A DNA stretch of 64,000 nucleotides from Deferrisomatales bacterium (lineage in GTDB: Bacteria > Desulfobacterota > Deferrisomatia > Deferrisomatales > JACRMM01). Under the pieces are notes generated by a model that worked only from the letters and a program-made list of their open reading frames with translations, was not told where the DNA came from and did not search any database. Location: the NCBI GenBank assembly GCA_033551855.1, contig JAWSUI010000002.1:32001-96000 (forward strand), in the 5' to 3' direction. The position numbers were made by a program, and so were the translations under genes. Shown here piece by piece: positions 7,689-20,416 of the stretch (its first letter is position 1; each line of letters begins with the position of its first letter).

Positions 7689-9690
7689 ATGAAGCGACCG
7701 GTGAAGATCCTCGCGTGGGGGCTGGGGGCGGTGGTCCTCCTGCTCGCCCTCGCCGCTGTGGGTCTCAAGCTCTATTTCACGAAGGAGCGGATCCTGACGT
7801 GGGTAGTCCCGCGGCTGGAGGCGGAGCTCGACCGGAAGGTCAGCATCGCCGACGCCGGGGCCGGCCTGACCGGGGTTCGCCTCGAAGGCCTGGACGTGCG
7901 CTCGGAGGGGGCGGCCGAGCCCTTCCTCGCGGCCGGCCTGATCCGGGTCCGTTGGAACCTCTGGGCCCTGCTGCGGGGGACCGTGCAGGTGGACGAGGTG
8001 CGCCTCGTGGACCCGCGGATCCGAGTGGTTCGCCTGGCCGACGGGACGCTGGACATCGACGACCTGCTGGGCTCGGGGGACGCCGCGCCGGAGGAGGCGC
8101 CGGCCGCCCCTCCCGAGGAGAGGGCGCGGGCCGGGGAGCGGCTGGGCCTCGTGGTCGCCCTCTTCTCCTTGGAGAACGGCCGGGTCACCTTCGAGGACCA
8201 AAGCCGGGCCCCCCCCCGGGGCCTACGTGCTGGACGCCATCGACTCGCGGGTCTCCGACTTCGCCCTGGACCGGCCCGTACCCTTTGCGCTCTCGGCGCG
8301 GCTGCCCCTGGCCGAGGCCGGCCGCTTCTCGGCGGAGGGCACCGTGCACGCCGCCGCCGGCGACGCAAAGGCGAAGGTGCGGGTGGCCGACTTCGACCTC
8401 CCGTCCCTGAACCCCCTGCTGGAGGGCGACCTCCGGTTCGACGCCGGGAGTTTCGGTCTGGACTTGGACGTGGAGTTGACCCGTGGCGAGCAGGTGGCGG
8501 TGCGCGGCACCGCGGGGGCGAGGAGGCTCATCCTGGGGTCGGGCTCCCAGACCGGGGAGAGCGCCGACATCTCGCTCCAGCTCGACGCCGGGGCGGACCT
8601 TTCGGAGGGCACGGCCGAGGTGCGGCGATTCGAGCTCCAGGCGGCCGGCCAGAGGCTTGAGGCCGAGGCCCGGGTTCGGGGACTGCAGGCCCGGCCCCGG
8701 ATCGATTTCCGATTGTCCTCCGACGAGCTTCGCGTCGATCCGCTGACGGCCCTTCTCCCCGCGGGGGATGCCGCCCCCGCCGCCCCGCCGGCGGGGGAGA
8801 CGCCCCCGTCTGCGCCCTCCCCGACCTCCATTCCGCTCGACGCTTTCGGGGACGTGGCGGTCGGGCGACTCTCGGCGGGCGGCGCCGTGGTCGAGGACTT
8901 CCAGGCCCGCGTCGAGTTGGACAAGGGGGTGCTGCGGGTGGAGCCCGCGGCGGCGAACCTCTATGGAGGAACCCTCAAGCTCCGCTCTCGGGCCGAGCTG
9001 GAGAAGGCGGGGCCTCCCTTCGATGCCGGCCTCGAGCTCGCCGGAACCCAGCTCTCGTCGGTCCTGGCCGCCTTTCGGCCGGCGCTTCGGGACACGGCCA
9101 GCGGCACCCTGGACCTGACCCTCGAGGCCCGGGGCTCGGGGGGTGACGTCGGGGCGCTGCGCTCCCAGCTCAAGGCCGAGGCGAAGGACGGGAGGATCCT
9201 GAACCATCCTCTGGCCGCGAATCTCGCCGCGCTCTTCCAGGTCAAGGAGCTCGAGTCCCTGAACTTCTACAACCTTCGGGCCGACGTCGAGACGGCGGAG
9301 GGGGTCGGGCAGGTAAGGTCCGTCGTGTTCCGGGGGCCCAACCTCCAAGCCACGGCTACCGGCACCCTCGGCCTGGCCGACGGCGCCCTGGACCTGCGCC
9401 TGGCCGTGGCTCTGCCCCAGGAGCTCGCGGCGCGGCTCGTGCGGGAGCCGACCACCCTCCAAGCCGTCACCGACGCCGACGGCTGGTCCCGGCTTCCGCT
9501 GCGGCTTCGCGGCACGCTGGAGTCTCCGTCGTACGGCCTCGATGCGGAAGGGCTCCGGGACGCGGCGGCCAAGGCCCTCGGGGACAAGGCCCAGCAGGTC
9601 CTGGAGGAGAAGGTGCTCGAACGGCTTCCCGTCGGGGAGCAGGAGAGGGAGCAGATCCAGGAGGGGCTGCGCAGACTCCTGGGGCGGTAG
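7689..9690 (+). pseudogene. AsmA-family protein split by a +1 frameshift (real or sequencing error)
   Basis: N-terminal TM anchor and AsmA-like beta repeats in ORF 7689, continuing in ORF 8227-9690 (LYGGTL, LPLRLRGTLESPSY); junction at C9G5 tract 8209-8222. Confidence 0.8.
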
Positions 9691-9777
9691 GCGGAGCCTG
9701 AAGGCCCCGACCGCCGGCGGAAAGGCCCGCGGGCCGTGCCGGCGATGCCGGGCCGCCGCTCGCAAACGGGTTTGGTG

Positions 9778-9807
9778 TTGACACCTCTTGGCGCGGTTGA
9801 CTATCAT
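9778..9807 (+). promoter_or_regulatory. sigma70 promoter of the rplU operon
   Basis: TTGACA-N18-TATCAT. Confidence 0.65.
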
Positions 9808-9859
9808 CCCGTTTTCCCTGGATCCCGGCAGCCCCCCAGGGGGCCTTTCTGGAGGACCC

Positions 9860-10171
9860 ATGTACGCAGTGGTAAAGACGGGAGGGAAGCAGTACAAGGT
9901 GGGCGAGGGCACCTTCTTCAAGGTGGAGAAGTGCCCCGGGGCCGTGGGCGAGGAGATCGTCTTCGACCAGGTGCTGCTCCTCTCGAGGGACGGCGAGGTG
10001 ACCCTCGGCCGGCCCGTGGTGGAGGGGGCCCGGGTGAGGGGCACCATCGTGGAGCAGGCCCGCGAGAAGAAGATCATCGTCTTCAAGATGAAGCGGCGCA
10101 AGGGGTACCGCCGCAAGCAGGGCCACCGACAGTACTACACCGGCGTCAAGGTCAGCGCCATCGAGGCCTGA
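9860..10171 (+). CDS. rplU: 50S ribosomal protein L21
   Basis: [14 protein letters not shown]...[22 protein letters not shown]. Confidence 0.98.
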   Translation: MYAVVKTGGKQYKVGEGTFFKVEKCPGAVGEEIVFDQVLLLSRDGEVTLGRPVVEGARVRGTIVEQAREKKIIVFKMKRRKGYRRKQGHRQYYTGVKVSAIEA

Positions 10172-10190
10172 GGGGCGAGGAGAGCGATCC

Positions 10191-10463
10191 ATGGCTCACA
10201 AGAAGGCGGGCGGCAGCTCCCGGAACGGCCGCGACAGCCGCGGCCAGCGCAGGGGCGTGAAGCGGTTCGGGGGCCAGGCCGTCAGAGCCGGCAACATCCT
10301 GGTCCGGCAGCTCGGCACGAAGATCCATCCGGGGAGCAACGTGGGGGTCGGCAAGGACTTTACCCTCTTCGCCCTGGTGGACGGAGTCGTTCGCTACGAG
10401 ACCCGGGGCCGCGCGCGCAAGACGGTGGCCAGCGTGGTCCCCGCAGAGGAGGGTGCTGCTTAG
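10191..10463 (+). CDS. rpmA: 50S ribosomal protein L27
   Basis: [16 protein letters not shown]. Confidence 0.98.
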   Translation: MAHKKAGGSSRNGRDSRGQRRGVKRFGGQAVRAGNILVRQLGTKIHPGSNVGVGKDFTLFALVDGVVRYETRGRARKTVASVVPAEEGAA

Positions 10464-12794
<2,331 letters not shown>

Positions 12795-12798
<4 letters not shown>

Positions 12799-14051
12799 GC
12801 CTGCGAGACGAGTTGGTCGCCATGGCGCAGCGCGCCCGCGGCGCGAGCCGCGCGTTGGCGCGGCTCCCGAGCGCGGCGAAAGACCGGGCCCTGGTGGCCA
12901 TGGCCGACGGCCTCGAGAGGGCCCGGGACGAGCTCCAGGAGGCGAATCGCCAGGATCTGGCTGCCGCGCGGGAGGCCGGCCTCAGCGCTGCCATGCTGGA
13001 TCGCCTCACTCTGACCGACGGGGTGCTCGCCTCTATGGCGCAGGGACTCCGGGAGGTGGCGGCCCAGCCAGACCCCGTGGGCGAAGTCGTGCGCATGTGG
13101 AAACGCCCCAACGGCCTCTTGGTCGGCAAGAAGCGCATTCCCCTGGGGGTGATCGGGATCGTCTACGAGTCGCGCCCCAATGTCACGGCCGACGCCGCGG
13201 CCCTGTGCCTGAAGGCGGGAAACGCCGTGATCCTGCGGGGAGGGAGCGAGGCCCTCCACTCCAACCGGGCGCTCGGGAGGGCGCTCGGACGGGCCCTGAC
13301 AGAGGCGGGGATTCCCGACGGGGCGCTCCAAGTGGTGGGGGTGGCGGACCGGGAGGCGGTGCTCGAGCTTCTCCAGCTCGAAGAGCTCATCGATCTGATC
13401 ATCCCGCGCGGCGGGGAAGGCCTGATCCGGTTCGTCTCGGCCAACAGCCGCATCCCGGTGATCAAGCACTACAAGGGAGTCTGCCACGTCTTCGTGGACG
13501 CCTCGGCCGACCTGGAGATGGCCCAGGCGATCGTGCTCAACGCCAAGACCCAGAGGCCCGGGGTGTGCAACGCCCTGGAGACGCTCCTGGTCCACCGGGA
13601 GGCGGCCGCCGTGTTTCTGCCGCGGCTCGGGGTGGCCCTCGCGGCCGCCGGCGTGGAGGTGCGCGGCTGTCCAGAGACCTGTCGGCTCCTGCCGGGCGCC
13701 CTGGAGGCTGCCGACAGCGACTGGGGGACGGAGTTCCTGGAGCTCATTTTGGCCATCCGGGTCGTGGACTCCCTGGACCAGGCGATCGAGCACATCGAGG
13801 CCCACGGGAGCCTGCACACCGAGGCCATCGTCACGAGGGACTACGCCAACGCCCAACGCTTCCTCGAGGACGTGAACTCCTCGGTGGTGGCGGTCAACGC
13901 GTCCACCCGGTTCAGCGACGGGCAGCAGCTGGGGCTGGGGGCCGAGATCGGGATCTCGACCACCAAGATCCACAGCTTCGGCCCCATGGGGGCACAGGAT
14001 CTCACCACCACGAAGTTCATCGTGTACGGCCAGGGCCAGGTCCGGGACTAG
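12795..14051 (+). CDS. proA: Gamma-glutamyl phosphate reductase
   Basis: [35 protein letters not shown]. Confidence 0.97.
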
Positions 14052-14056
14052 CCGCT

Positions 14057-14713
14057 TTGGAGCTCGGGGTCTTCGGCGGCACCTTCAACCCGGTCCACCT
14101 GGGGCACCTGCGGGCGGCGGAGGAGGCCCGGGAGGCCCTGGGGCTCGAGAGGGTGGTGTTCGTCCCGGCGAAGATCCCCCCCCACAAGGAGGCGCGGGCC
14201 GTGGCGCCGTCGGACGTGCGCCTGGACCTGGTGCGGCGGGCCGTCGGGGACAACCCCGCCTTCGATGTCTCGGAGCTCGAGCTCCGCAGGGACGGGCCGA
14301 GCTACTCGGTGGACACCCTGCGGGAGCTCCGGGCCGGGCTCGGCCCCGGCGATCGCCTTTGGTTCCTCGTCGGCTCGGACGCGTACCGGGAGATCCACAC
14401 CTGGTCCCGATATGCCGAGCTCTTTGCCCTGGCGGACGTGGGGGTGCTGAGCCGTCCGCCGGGTGAGCTCCGGGCCGCCCCGCCGGCCCGCCTGGAAGGC
14501 GACTTCACCTTCGAGGGGTGCGTGCTGCGGCACCGCTCGGGCCGGGAGGTGCGCTTCGTGCCGGTGACCCTCCTGGACATCTCGGCAACGGCCGTCCGCC
14601 AGGCGCTGGCCCGGGGCGGCTCGGTACGCTACCTGGTTCCCGAGGCGGTGCGCGAGGATCTCGAGCGGCTCGCCCGGGGGCACCCCCTCTGGTTCTCAGG
14701 GAGCACGGCATGA
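14057..14713 (+). CDS. nadD: Nicotinate-nucleotide adenylyltransferase
   Basis: GVFGGTFNPVHLGHL; SYSVDTL; ISATAVR; start approximate (TTG). Confidence 0.93.
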   Translation: MELGVFGGTFNPVHLGHLRAAEEAREALGLERVVFVPAKIPPHKEARAVAPSDVRLDLVRRAVGDNPAFDVSELELRRDGPSYSVDTLRELRAGLGPGDRLWFLVGSDAYREIHTWSRYAELFALADVGVLSRPPGELRAAPPARLEGDFTFEGCVLRHRSGREVRFVPVTLLDISATAVRQALARGGSVRYLVPEAVREDLERLARGHPLWFSGSTA

Positions 14714-15132
14714 CCCAAGACCCAACCCTCGAGCACCTCTTCGTCTGCGCCCGGGCTGCGGCCGACAAGCGAGCCGCGGACCTCCTGGTACTGGACGTCC
14801 GGAAGCTCTCGAGCTTCACCGACTACTTCCTGATCGCCAGCGGCTCGTCGGACCGGCGGGTGCAGTCCATCGCGGAAGGGGTGCTCGAGGCCATGGCCCG
14901 CCGCGGGCGCAGGCCCCTGGGGGCCGAAGGTGTTCGGGAGGGGCGCTGGGCGCTCCTGGATTTCGGGGACTGGGTGGTCCACGTCTTTTACGAGGACGTG
15001 CGGCGCGCCTTCGACCTGGAGGGGCTGTGGTTCGACGCCGAGCGGGTGGAGCTGCCGGCGGAGGTGCTCGAGCAGGAGAGGCCGTCGCCGATCGGCCTCG
15101 GAGTCCAGGCCGGAAGGGCGGAAGGCCGGTGA
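14710..15132 (+). CDS. rsfS: Ribosome silencing factor
   Basis: DKRAADLLVLDV...TDYFLIASG...WALLDFGDWVVHVF...FDLEGLW. Confidence 0.95.
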   Translation: MTQDPTLEHLFVCARAAADKRAADLLVLDVRKLSSFTDYFLIASGSSDRRVQSIAEGVLEAMARRGRRPLGAEGVREGRWALLDFGDWVVHVFYEDVRRAFDLEGLWFDAERVELPAEVLEQERPSPIGLGVQAGRAEGR

Positions 15133-16160
15133 CGTGGCGGGTGGCAGTGGTGGGTGCGGGGGCCTGGGGTACGGCGATGGCCGACCTGCTGGCCCGGGGC
15201 GGCCATCGGGTGGGCCTGTGGGTCTTCGAGGAGGACCTTGCGGAGGAGATGGCCCGTACCGGCGAAAACAGGGTGTACCTTCCGGGTCATCGCTTGTCCC
15301 CGGGCATCCGGCCGTCGTCCGAGCTGGCGGCCGTGGTTGCGACGGCCGACGTGGTGGTGAGCGCGAGCCCTTCCCAGGTGGTGCGCCAGGTCATGGGCCG
15401 GGCAGCGCCGCACTTGAAGCCCGACGCCCTGGTCGTGAGCGCTTCCAAGGGCATCGAAGCAGGGTCGCTCCAACTGATGCACCAGGTCTTGGAGGAGGTT
15501 CTCCCGCCGGGCGCAGCCGGGCGGCTCGCCGTCCTCTCCGGCCCCTCGTTTGCGGCCGAGGTGGCCCGCGGTGTGCCCACCGCCGTCAGCCTCGCCTGTG
15601 CGGACGCCGAGGCGGCCCGGGGCCTCCAGGGGCTCTTCTCCGGCCCCACCTTCCGGGTCTACACTCTGGACGACGTGGTGGGCGTGGAGCTGGGCGGTGC
15701 CTTGAAGAACGTGGTGGCGCTGGCGGCGGGCATCTCGGACGGCCTGCGGTTCGGCCACAACAGCCGCGCGGCCCTGATCACCCGCGGGCTGGCCGAGATC
15801 AGCCGCCTGGGGACGGCCCTCGGAGCCAGGCCCCTCACATTCCTCGGTTTGGCCGGCATGGGAGACTTGGTGCTCACCTGCACCGGAGACCTCTCTCGGA
15901 ACCGGACCGTGGGGCTTCGGCTGGGGCAGGGAGAGAAGTTGCCGCAGATCCTCGATTCCATGAAAGCGGTCGCCGAGGGAGTCAAGACCTGTGACGCCGC
16001 GGTCGGCTTGGCCGAGCGGCAGGGGGTAGAGGTGCCCATCGCCCGGGAGGTGTGGCACGTTCTCCACGAGGAGAAGGACCCCCGGCGAGCCGTGGAGGAC
16101 CTCATGTCGCGGCCCTCCCGGCGCGAGTTCTGGGACCTGGAAGCGTCGCCGAGGCCATGA
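15129..16160 (+). CDS. gpsA: NAD(P)H-dependent glycerol-3-phosphate dehydrogenase
   Basis: GAGAWGTA; SGPSFAAEV; GALKNVVA; GDLVLTC; SRNR. Confidence 0.96.
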   Translation: MTWRVAVVGAGAWGTAMADLLARGGHRVGLWVFEEDLAEEMARTGENRVYLPGHRLSPGIRPSSELAAVVATADVVVSASPSQVVRQVMGRAAPHLKPDALVVSASKGIEAGSLQLMHQVLEEVLPPGAAGRLAVLSGPSFAAEVARGVPTAVSLACADAEAARGLQGLFSGPTFRVYTLDDVVGVELGGALKNVVALAAGISDGLRFGHNSRAALITRGLAEISRLGTALGARPLTFLGLAGMGDLVLTCTGDLSRNRTVGLRLGQGEKLPQILDSMKAVAEGVKTCDAAVGLAERQGVEVPIAREVWHVLHEEKDPRRAVEDLMSRPSRREFWDLEASPRP

Positions 16161-16858
16161 GGGCGGTCTTCGTCACCCTCGAGGGCGGGGAGGGCGCCGG
16201 CAAGACCACCCAGCTGGCCCTCTTGGCCGCGGGCGTGGAGGGCCGGGGGTGGGTGGCCGTGACTACGCGGGAGCCCGGGGGCACGCCCCTCGGGGCGAGG
16301 GTGAGGGAGCTCCTTGTGCGCCTGGGCGGCGACCCGCCGACGCCCTTGGCCGAGCTGCTGCTGTATGCTGCGGACCGGGCCCATCACGTGGAGACGGTGA
16401 TCCGCCCTGGCTTGGCGGTGGGCCGGGCCGTCCTGTGCGACCGGTACGCGGACGCGACCGAGGCCTACCAGGGGTACGGCCGGGGTCTGCCCCTGGCCGT
16501 GGTGCGAGAGGTGAATCGACTGGCCACCGGAGGGCTCCGGCCCCACCGGACCGTGGTCCTGGATCTCTCCCCGGAAGAGGGGGTGCGCCGCTCCCTCGAG
16601 CGGCAGCGCTGCGGCGGGGGGCCGCGGGAGGAGCGCTTCGAGGCCGAAGCCGTGGCGTTCCACGAGCGTGTGCGGGCCGGCTACCGAGCGGTCGCGCGCG
16701 AGGACCCGGAGCGGGTGCGGATCGTGGACGCTTCGGGCACCCCCGTGGCGGTGGCGGAGCGCGTGTGGGCCGAGGTGGAGGACCTCTTCGCGCGGCCCGG
16801 GGGGCTGTGCCCCGGGCTTGGGGCCCCAGACGCGGGCTCTGGCCCGTCACCCCGGTAG
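16157..16858 (+). CDS. tmk: Thymidylate kinase
   Basis: FVTLEGGEGAGKTTQ; REPGGT; LCDRY; AYQGYGRG. Confidence 0.96.
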   Translation: MRAVFVTLEGGEGAGKTTQLALLAAGVEGRGWVAVTTREPGGTPLGARVRELLVRLGGDPPTPLAELLLYAADRAHHVETVIRPGLAVGRAVLCDRYADATEAYQGYGRGLPLAVVREVNRLATGGLRPHRTVVLDLSPEEGVRRSLERQRCGGGPREERFEAEAVAFHERVRAGYRAVAREDPERVRIVDASGTPVAVAERVWAEVEDLFARPGGLCPGLGAPDAGSGPSPR

Positions 16859-16891
16859 GGGTGTCCCGCCCCAGAGCGAGGCGAGCAGACG

Positions 16892-17839
16892 ATGTCCTTT
16901 GCGGAGATTCTCGGCCACGACCGCCCCTTGAAGGTGCTGCGCCGTGCCCTCGCGACGGGGCGTGTGCCCCATGCCTATCTCTTCTGGGGGCCCGACGGCG
17001 TGGGAAAGGAGGCGGTGGCCCGGGGGACGGCGGGGGTCCTCCTCTGCAGGGACCCCGAGGCCCTGCCCCGGGCGGCGGCGTGCGGGGCCTGCGCCGCCTG
17101 CCGAAAGGCGGCTTCGGCCTCCCACGCGGATCTGCACCTTTTGGCGCCGGCGGGGGCGTCGATTCCGATCGCCGAGGTGCGGGCCCTCCAGGAAGCCCTC
17201 GGGTACCGTTCTTTCGAGGGGGGGCGCAAGGTTGTTATCATCCGGGACGCGTTCCGACTGACCCGGGAGGCCTCCAACGCGCTTCTGAAGACTTTGGAGG
17301 AGCCCTCCGACGGGACCCATCTGGTCCTGCTCGCCCACCACAGGAACCAACTCCTGCCCACCTTGGTCTCTCGCTGTCAGTCCCTGCGTTTCGACCCGAT
17401 CCCGGAGGACGCGGTCCGGCGGCTGCTGGAGGTCGGGGGGGTGGAGCCGGAGGCGGCCCGCCGGATGGCGCAGGGCGCCGGGGGCGCCCCGGGGGCGGTG
17501 TGGGGCCAGGAACCGGAGGCCTTGGCAGCGGTCGTCGATGAGGTGCGCCAGGTCTGGTCGGGGTGGGAGAGCGCGTCGGCGGCCGAGCGGTTTGGCCGGG
17601 CAGCCCAGTGGTCGGGCGCGCGGGGTGAGCTGGGTCGGCGCCTCGACGCCCTGGAACACCTCCTGACCCAGGAGCTGCGACAAGCGGCTCGCCGGAGCGA
17701 AGCGGCCGCCGGGACTGCCGCCGCCCTCGGGGGACTCGCGCAGGTCCGGAACTTGGTGGAACGAAACGTCAATGCGGAGCTGGCCCTGGGTGCCTTCTTC
17801 CTCGGCGCCCTCGACCGCCCCTGGGAAGAGGTCCTGTGA
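16892..17839 (+). CDS. holB: DNA polymerase III subunit delta'
   Basis: HAYLFWGPDGVGK; CGACAAC; NALLKTLEEP; LPTLVSRCQ. Confidence 0.93.
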   Translation: MSFAEILGHDRPLKVLRRALATGRVPHAYLFWGPDGVGKEAVARGTAGVLLCRDPEALPRAAACGACAACRKAASASHADLHLLAPAGASIPIAEVRALQEALGYRSFEGGRKVVIIRDAFRLTREASNALLKTLEEPSDGTHLVLLAHHRNQLLPTLVSRCQSLRFDPIPEDAVRRLLEVGGVEPEAARRMAQGAGGAPGAVWGQEPEALAAVVDEVRQVWSGWESASAAERFGRAAQWSGARGELGRRLDALEHLLTQELRQAARRSEAAAGTAAALGGLAQVRNLVERNVNAELALGAFFLGALDRPWEEVL

Positions 17840-18882
17840 GACTCGTCGGCGTTCGGTTCAAGACGGCATGCCGTATCTACACGTTCGACGCGGGGGACGT
17901 GTCGTGTGGGCTGGGCGATTGGCTCGTGGTGGAGACGGAGCGCGGTATGGCCCTCGGGCAGGTCGCCTCCGGCCCCCGGGAGGAGGAGGCGCCCCCGGGC
18001 CAGCTCATCAAGAAGGTGCTGCGGCGCGCGGAGGACCGCGATATCCTGCGGTACGAGCAGAACTGCGAGTTGGAGGGGTACGCGCACCAGTTCTGCCTCG
18101 AGCGGATCCGGGAGCTGGGACTCCCCATGAAGCTGGTGGAGGTGGAGTTCCTCTTCGACGGGTCGAAGGCGCTCTTCTACTTCACTTCCGAGGGCCGGGT
18201 GGATTTCCGCGATCTGGTCCGCGACCTGGCGCGGCAGTTTCACACCCGCATCGAGATGCGCCAGATCGGGGTCCGGGACGAGGCGAAGCTCGTGGGGGGG
18301 GTGGGATGCTGCGGCCGGGAGCTGTGCTGCGCCACCTGGCTGACCGATTTCGCCCCCATCAGCGTGCGGATGGCGAAGGACCAGAACGTGTCCCTCAACC
18401 CGGGCAAGATCTCGGGTATTTGCGGCCGCCTCATGTGCTGCCTCTCGTACGAGCACCAGATGTACCGGGAGCTCGGCCAGGAGGTGCCCAAGCTCGGGAA
18501 GATCGTCAAGACGCCTCGGGGCGAGGGGCGGGTCGTCCGCCGAAACGTGCTCGAGGGGACCTTCGTCCTGGCGGGGGAAGGGCGGGAGTTCGAGGTCTCG
18601 GTGGACGAGTACCACGGCCGCGCGCCGCCCCCGCCGGTTTCGGGGGAGGCCGAGCCGCCGGCCGGCGGGTCTCGGCCGGAGGGCCCCCGCCGACCACGAC
18701 TGCGGCCCCTCCGGCCGGCACCGCGGCCCGAGCCCCCGGCTCCGCCGGCTCCGGAACCCGCGTCGGCCGAAGATGCCAAGGGTAAGGGCTCGGCCGAGGA
18801 ACGCATGCCGGGCTCCCGCCGCCGTCGCAGCCGGCGCAAGAGGAAGGGCTCCCCCCCTGCCGAGAGGAAGAGCGATGGCTGA
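17836..18882 (+). CDS. PSP1-domain protein (RicT/YaaT-like)
   Basis: RVDFRDLVRDL; RIEMRQIGVRDEAK; CCGRELCC; SGICGRLMCCL. Confidence 0.93.
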   Translation: MRLVGVRFKTACRIYTFDAGDVSCGLGDWLVVETERGMALGQVASGPREEEAPPGQLIKKVLRRAEDRDILRYEQNCELEGYAHQFCLERIRELGLPMKLVEVEFLFDGSKALFYFTSEGRVDFRDLVRDLARQFHTRIEMRQIGVRDEAKLVGGVGCCGRELCCATWLTDFAPISVRMAKDQNVSLNPGKISGICGRLMCCLSYEHQMYRELGQEVPKLGKIVKTPRGEGRVVRRNVLEGTFVLAGEGREFEVSVDEYHGRAPPPPVSGEAEPPAGGSRPEGPRRPRLRPLRPAPRPEPPAPPAPEPASAEDAKGKGSAEERMPGSRRRRSRRKRKGSPPAERKSDG

Positions 18883-20416
18883 AACCTTCTACGTCACCAC
18901 GCCGATCTACTACGTCAACGACGTGCCCCACATCGGGCACGCATACACCACGGTGGCGTGTGACGCCCTGGCCCGCTACAAACGCGCGGCCGGCTATCGG
19001 GTCTTCTTCCTCACCGGCACCGACGAGCACGGCCAGAAGGTGGAGAAGTCCGCGGCGGAGCGGGGAGAGAGGCCCATCGATCTGGCCGATCGGGTGGTGA
19101 TGCGGTTCCAGAAGCTCTGGGACATCCTGGAGATCTCCCACACCCGCTTCGTCCGGACGACGGAGGACGACCATCGCCGCTCCGTCCAGGAGCTCTTCCG
19201 CCGCGTCCAGGCGGTGGGCGACGCCTACCTGGGCGAGTACGAGGACTGGTACTGCACCCCCTGCGAAACCTTCTGGACCGAGAACCAGCTCATGGAGGGC
19301 AACTGTCCTGACTGCAACCGCCCCACGGACCGCCTCAAGGAGCCGAGCTACTTCTTCCGCATGTCGAGGTACCAGGACGCCCTCCTCCGGCACATCGCAG
19401 AGCACCCGGACTTCATCCAGCCCGTCAGCCGGAGAAACGAGATCGTCTCCTTCGTGAAGGAGGGCCTGCGGGACCTCTCCATCTCCCGCACGAGCTTCTC
19501 CTGGGGGATCCCGGTGCCGGGGGACCCGAAGCACGTGATCTACGTGTGGTTCGACGCCCTGACCAACTACATCACCGGCGTCGGGTTCCCCGAGGAGGGG
19601 GACAACTTCGCAGCTTTCTGGCCCCAGGCCGTCCACGTGATCGGCAAGGACATCCTCCGGTTCCACGCCGTGTACTGGCCGACCTTCCTGATGAGCGCCG
19701 GCCTTCCCCTGCCCCGGCAGATCTTCGCCCACGGCTGGTGGACCGTGGAGGGGAAGAAGATGTCCAAGAGCCTGGGCAATGTGGTGGATCCCGCGGCCAT
19801 GGCGGAGGAGTATGGGGTGGACGCCTTTCGCTATTTCCTCCTGCGGGAGGTCCCCTTCGGTCTGGACGGCGACTTCAGCCGAGACGCCCTGATCCACCGG
19901 ATCAACGCAGACCTCGCCAACGACCTGGGGAACCTCGTGTCCCGGGTACTGGCCATGCTCGCCAAGTACCGACAGGGGATCGTCCCCCGGGTGCCCTCCT
20001 GCGGCAGCGAACCCCTGGACGAGGAGTTGAGGGACAAGCTGGCCGAGGTCCTCGCCGCGGTGGACCAGGCCATGGGCGAGCTGGGGTTCCACAAAGCCCT
20101 CACCGCCGTCTGGGGCTACGTGGGGTTGGTGAACCGCTACGTGGACGCTACGGCTCCCTGGAACCTGGCGAAGGACCCCGGTCAGTCGGGGCGCCTCGAC
20201 CAGGTGCTGTACAATGCCTGCGAGGCGCTGCGGGCCGTCGGGCTCCTGGTGTTCCCCTTCCTCCCCCGGACCGGCCGGGAGATGTGGCGTCGCCTGGGGG
20301 TGGGGCGGCCGGTGGACGAGGGGCGGCTCGAGGAGCTCCGCGAGTGGGGCGGGCTCCCCGGCGGAGCGCAGACGGAGCGGGGCGGGAGTCTCTTCCCTCG
20401 GATCGAGCGGGCGTGA
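18875..20416 (+). CDS. metG: Methionine--tRNA ligase (short form without C-terminal tRNA-binding domain)
   Basis: FYVTTPIYYVN; HIGH; KMSKS. Confidence 0.97.
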   Translation: MAETFYVTTPIYYVNDVPHIGHAYTTVACDALARYKRAAGYRVFFLTGTDEHGQKVEKSAAERGERPIDLADRVVMRFQKLWDILEISHTRFVRTTEDDHRRSVQELFRRVQAVGDAYLGEYEDWYCTPCETFWTENQLMEGNCPDCNRPTDRLKEPSYFFRMSRYQDALLRHIAEHPDFIQPVSRRNEIVSFVKEGLRDLSISRTSFSWGIPVPGDPKHVIYVWFDALTNYITGVGFPEEGDNFAAFWPQAVHVIGKDILRFHAVYWPTFLMSAGLPLPRQIFAHGWWTVEGKKMSKSLGNVVDPAAMAEEYGVDAFRYFLLREVPFGLDGDFSRDALIHRINADLANDLGNLVSRVLAMLAKYRQGIVPRVPSCGSEPLDEELRDKLAEVLAAVDQAMGELGFHKALTAVWGYVGLVNRYVDATAPWNLAKDPGQSGRLDQVLYNACEALRAVGLLVFPFLPRTGREMWRRLGVGRPVDEGRLEELREWGGLPGGAQTERGGSLFPRIERA

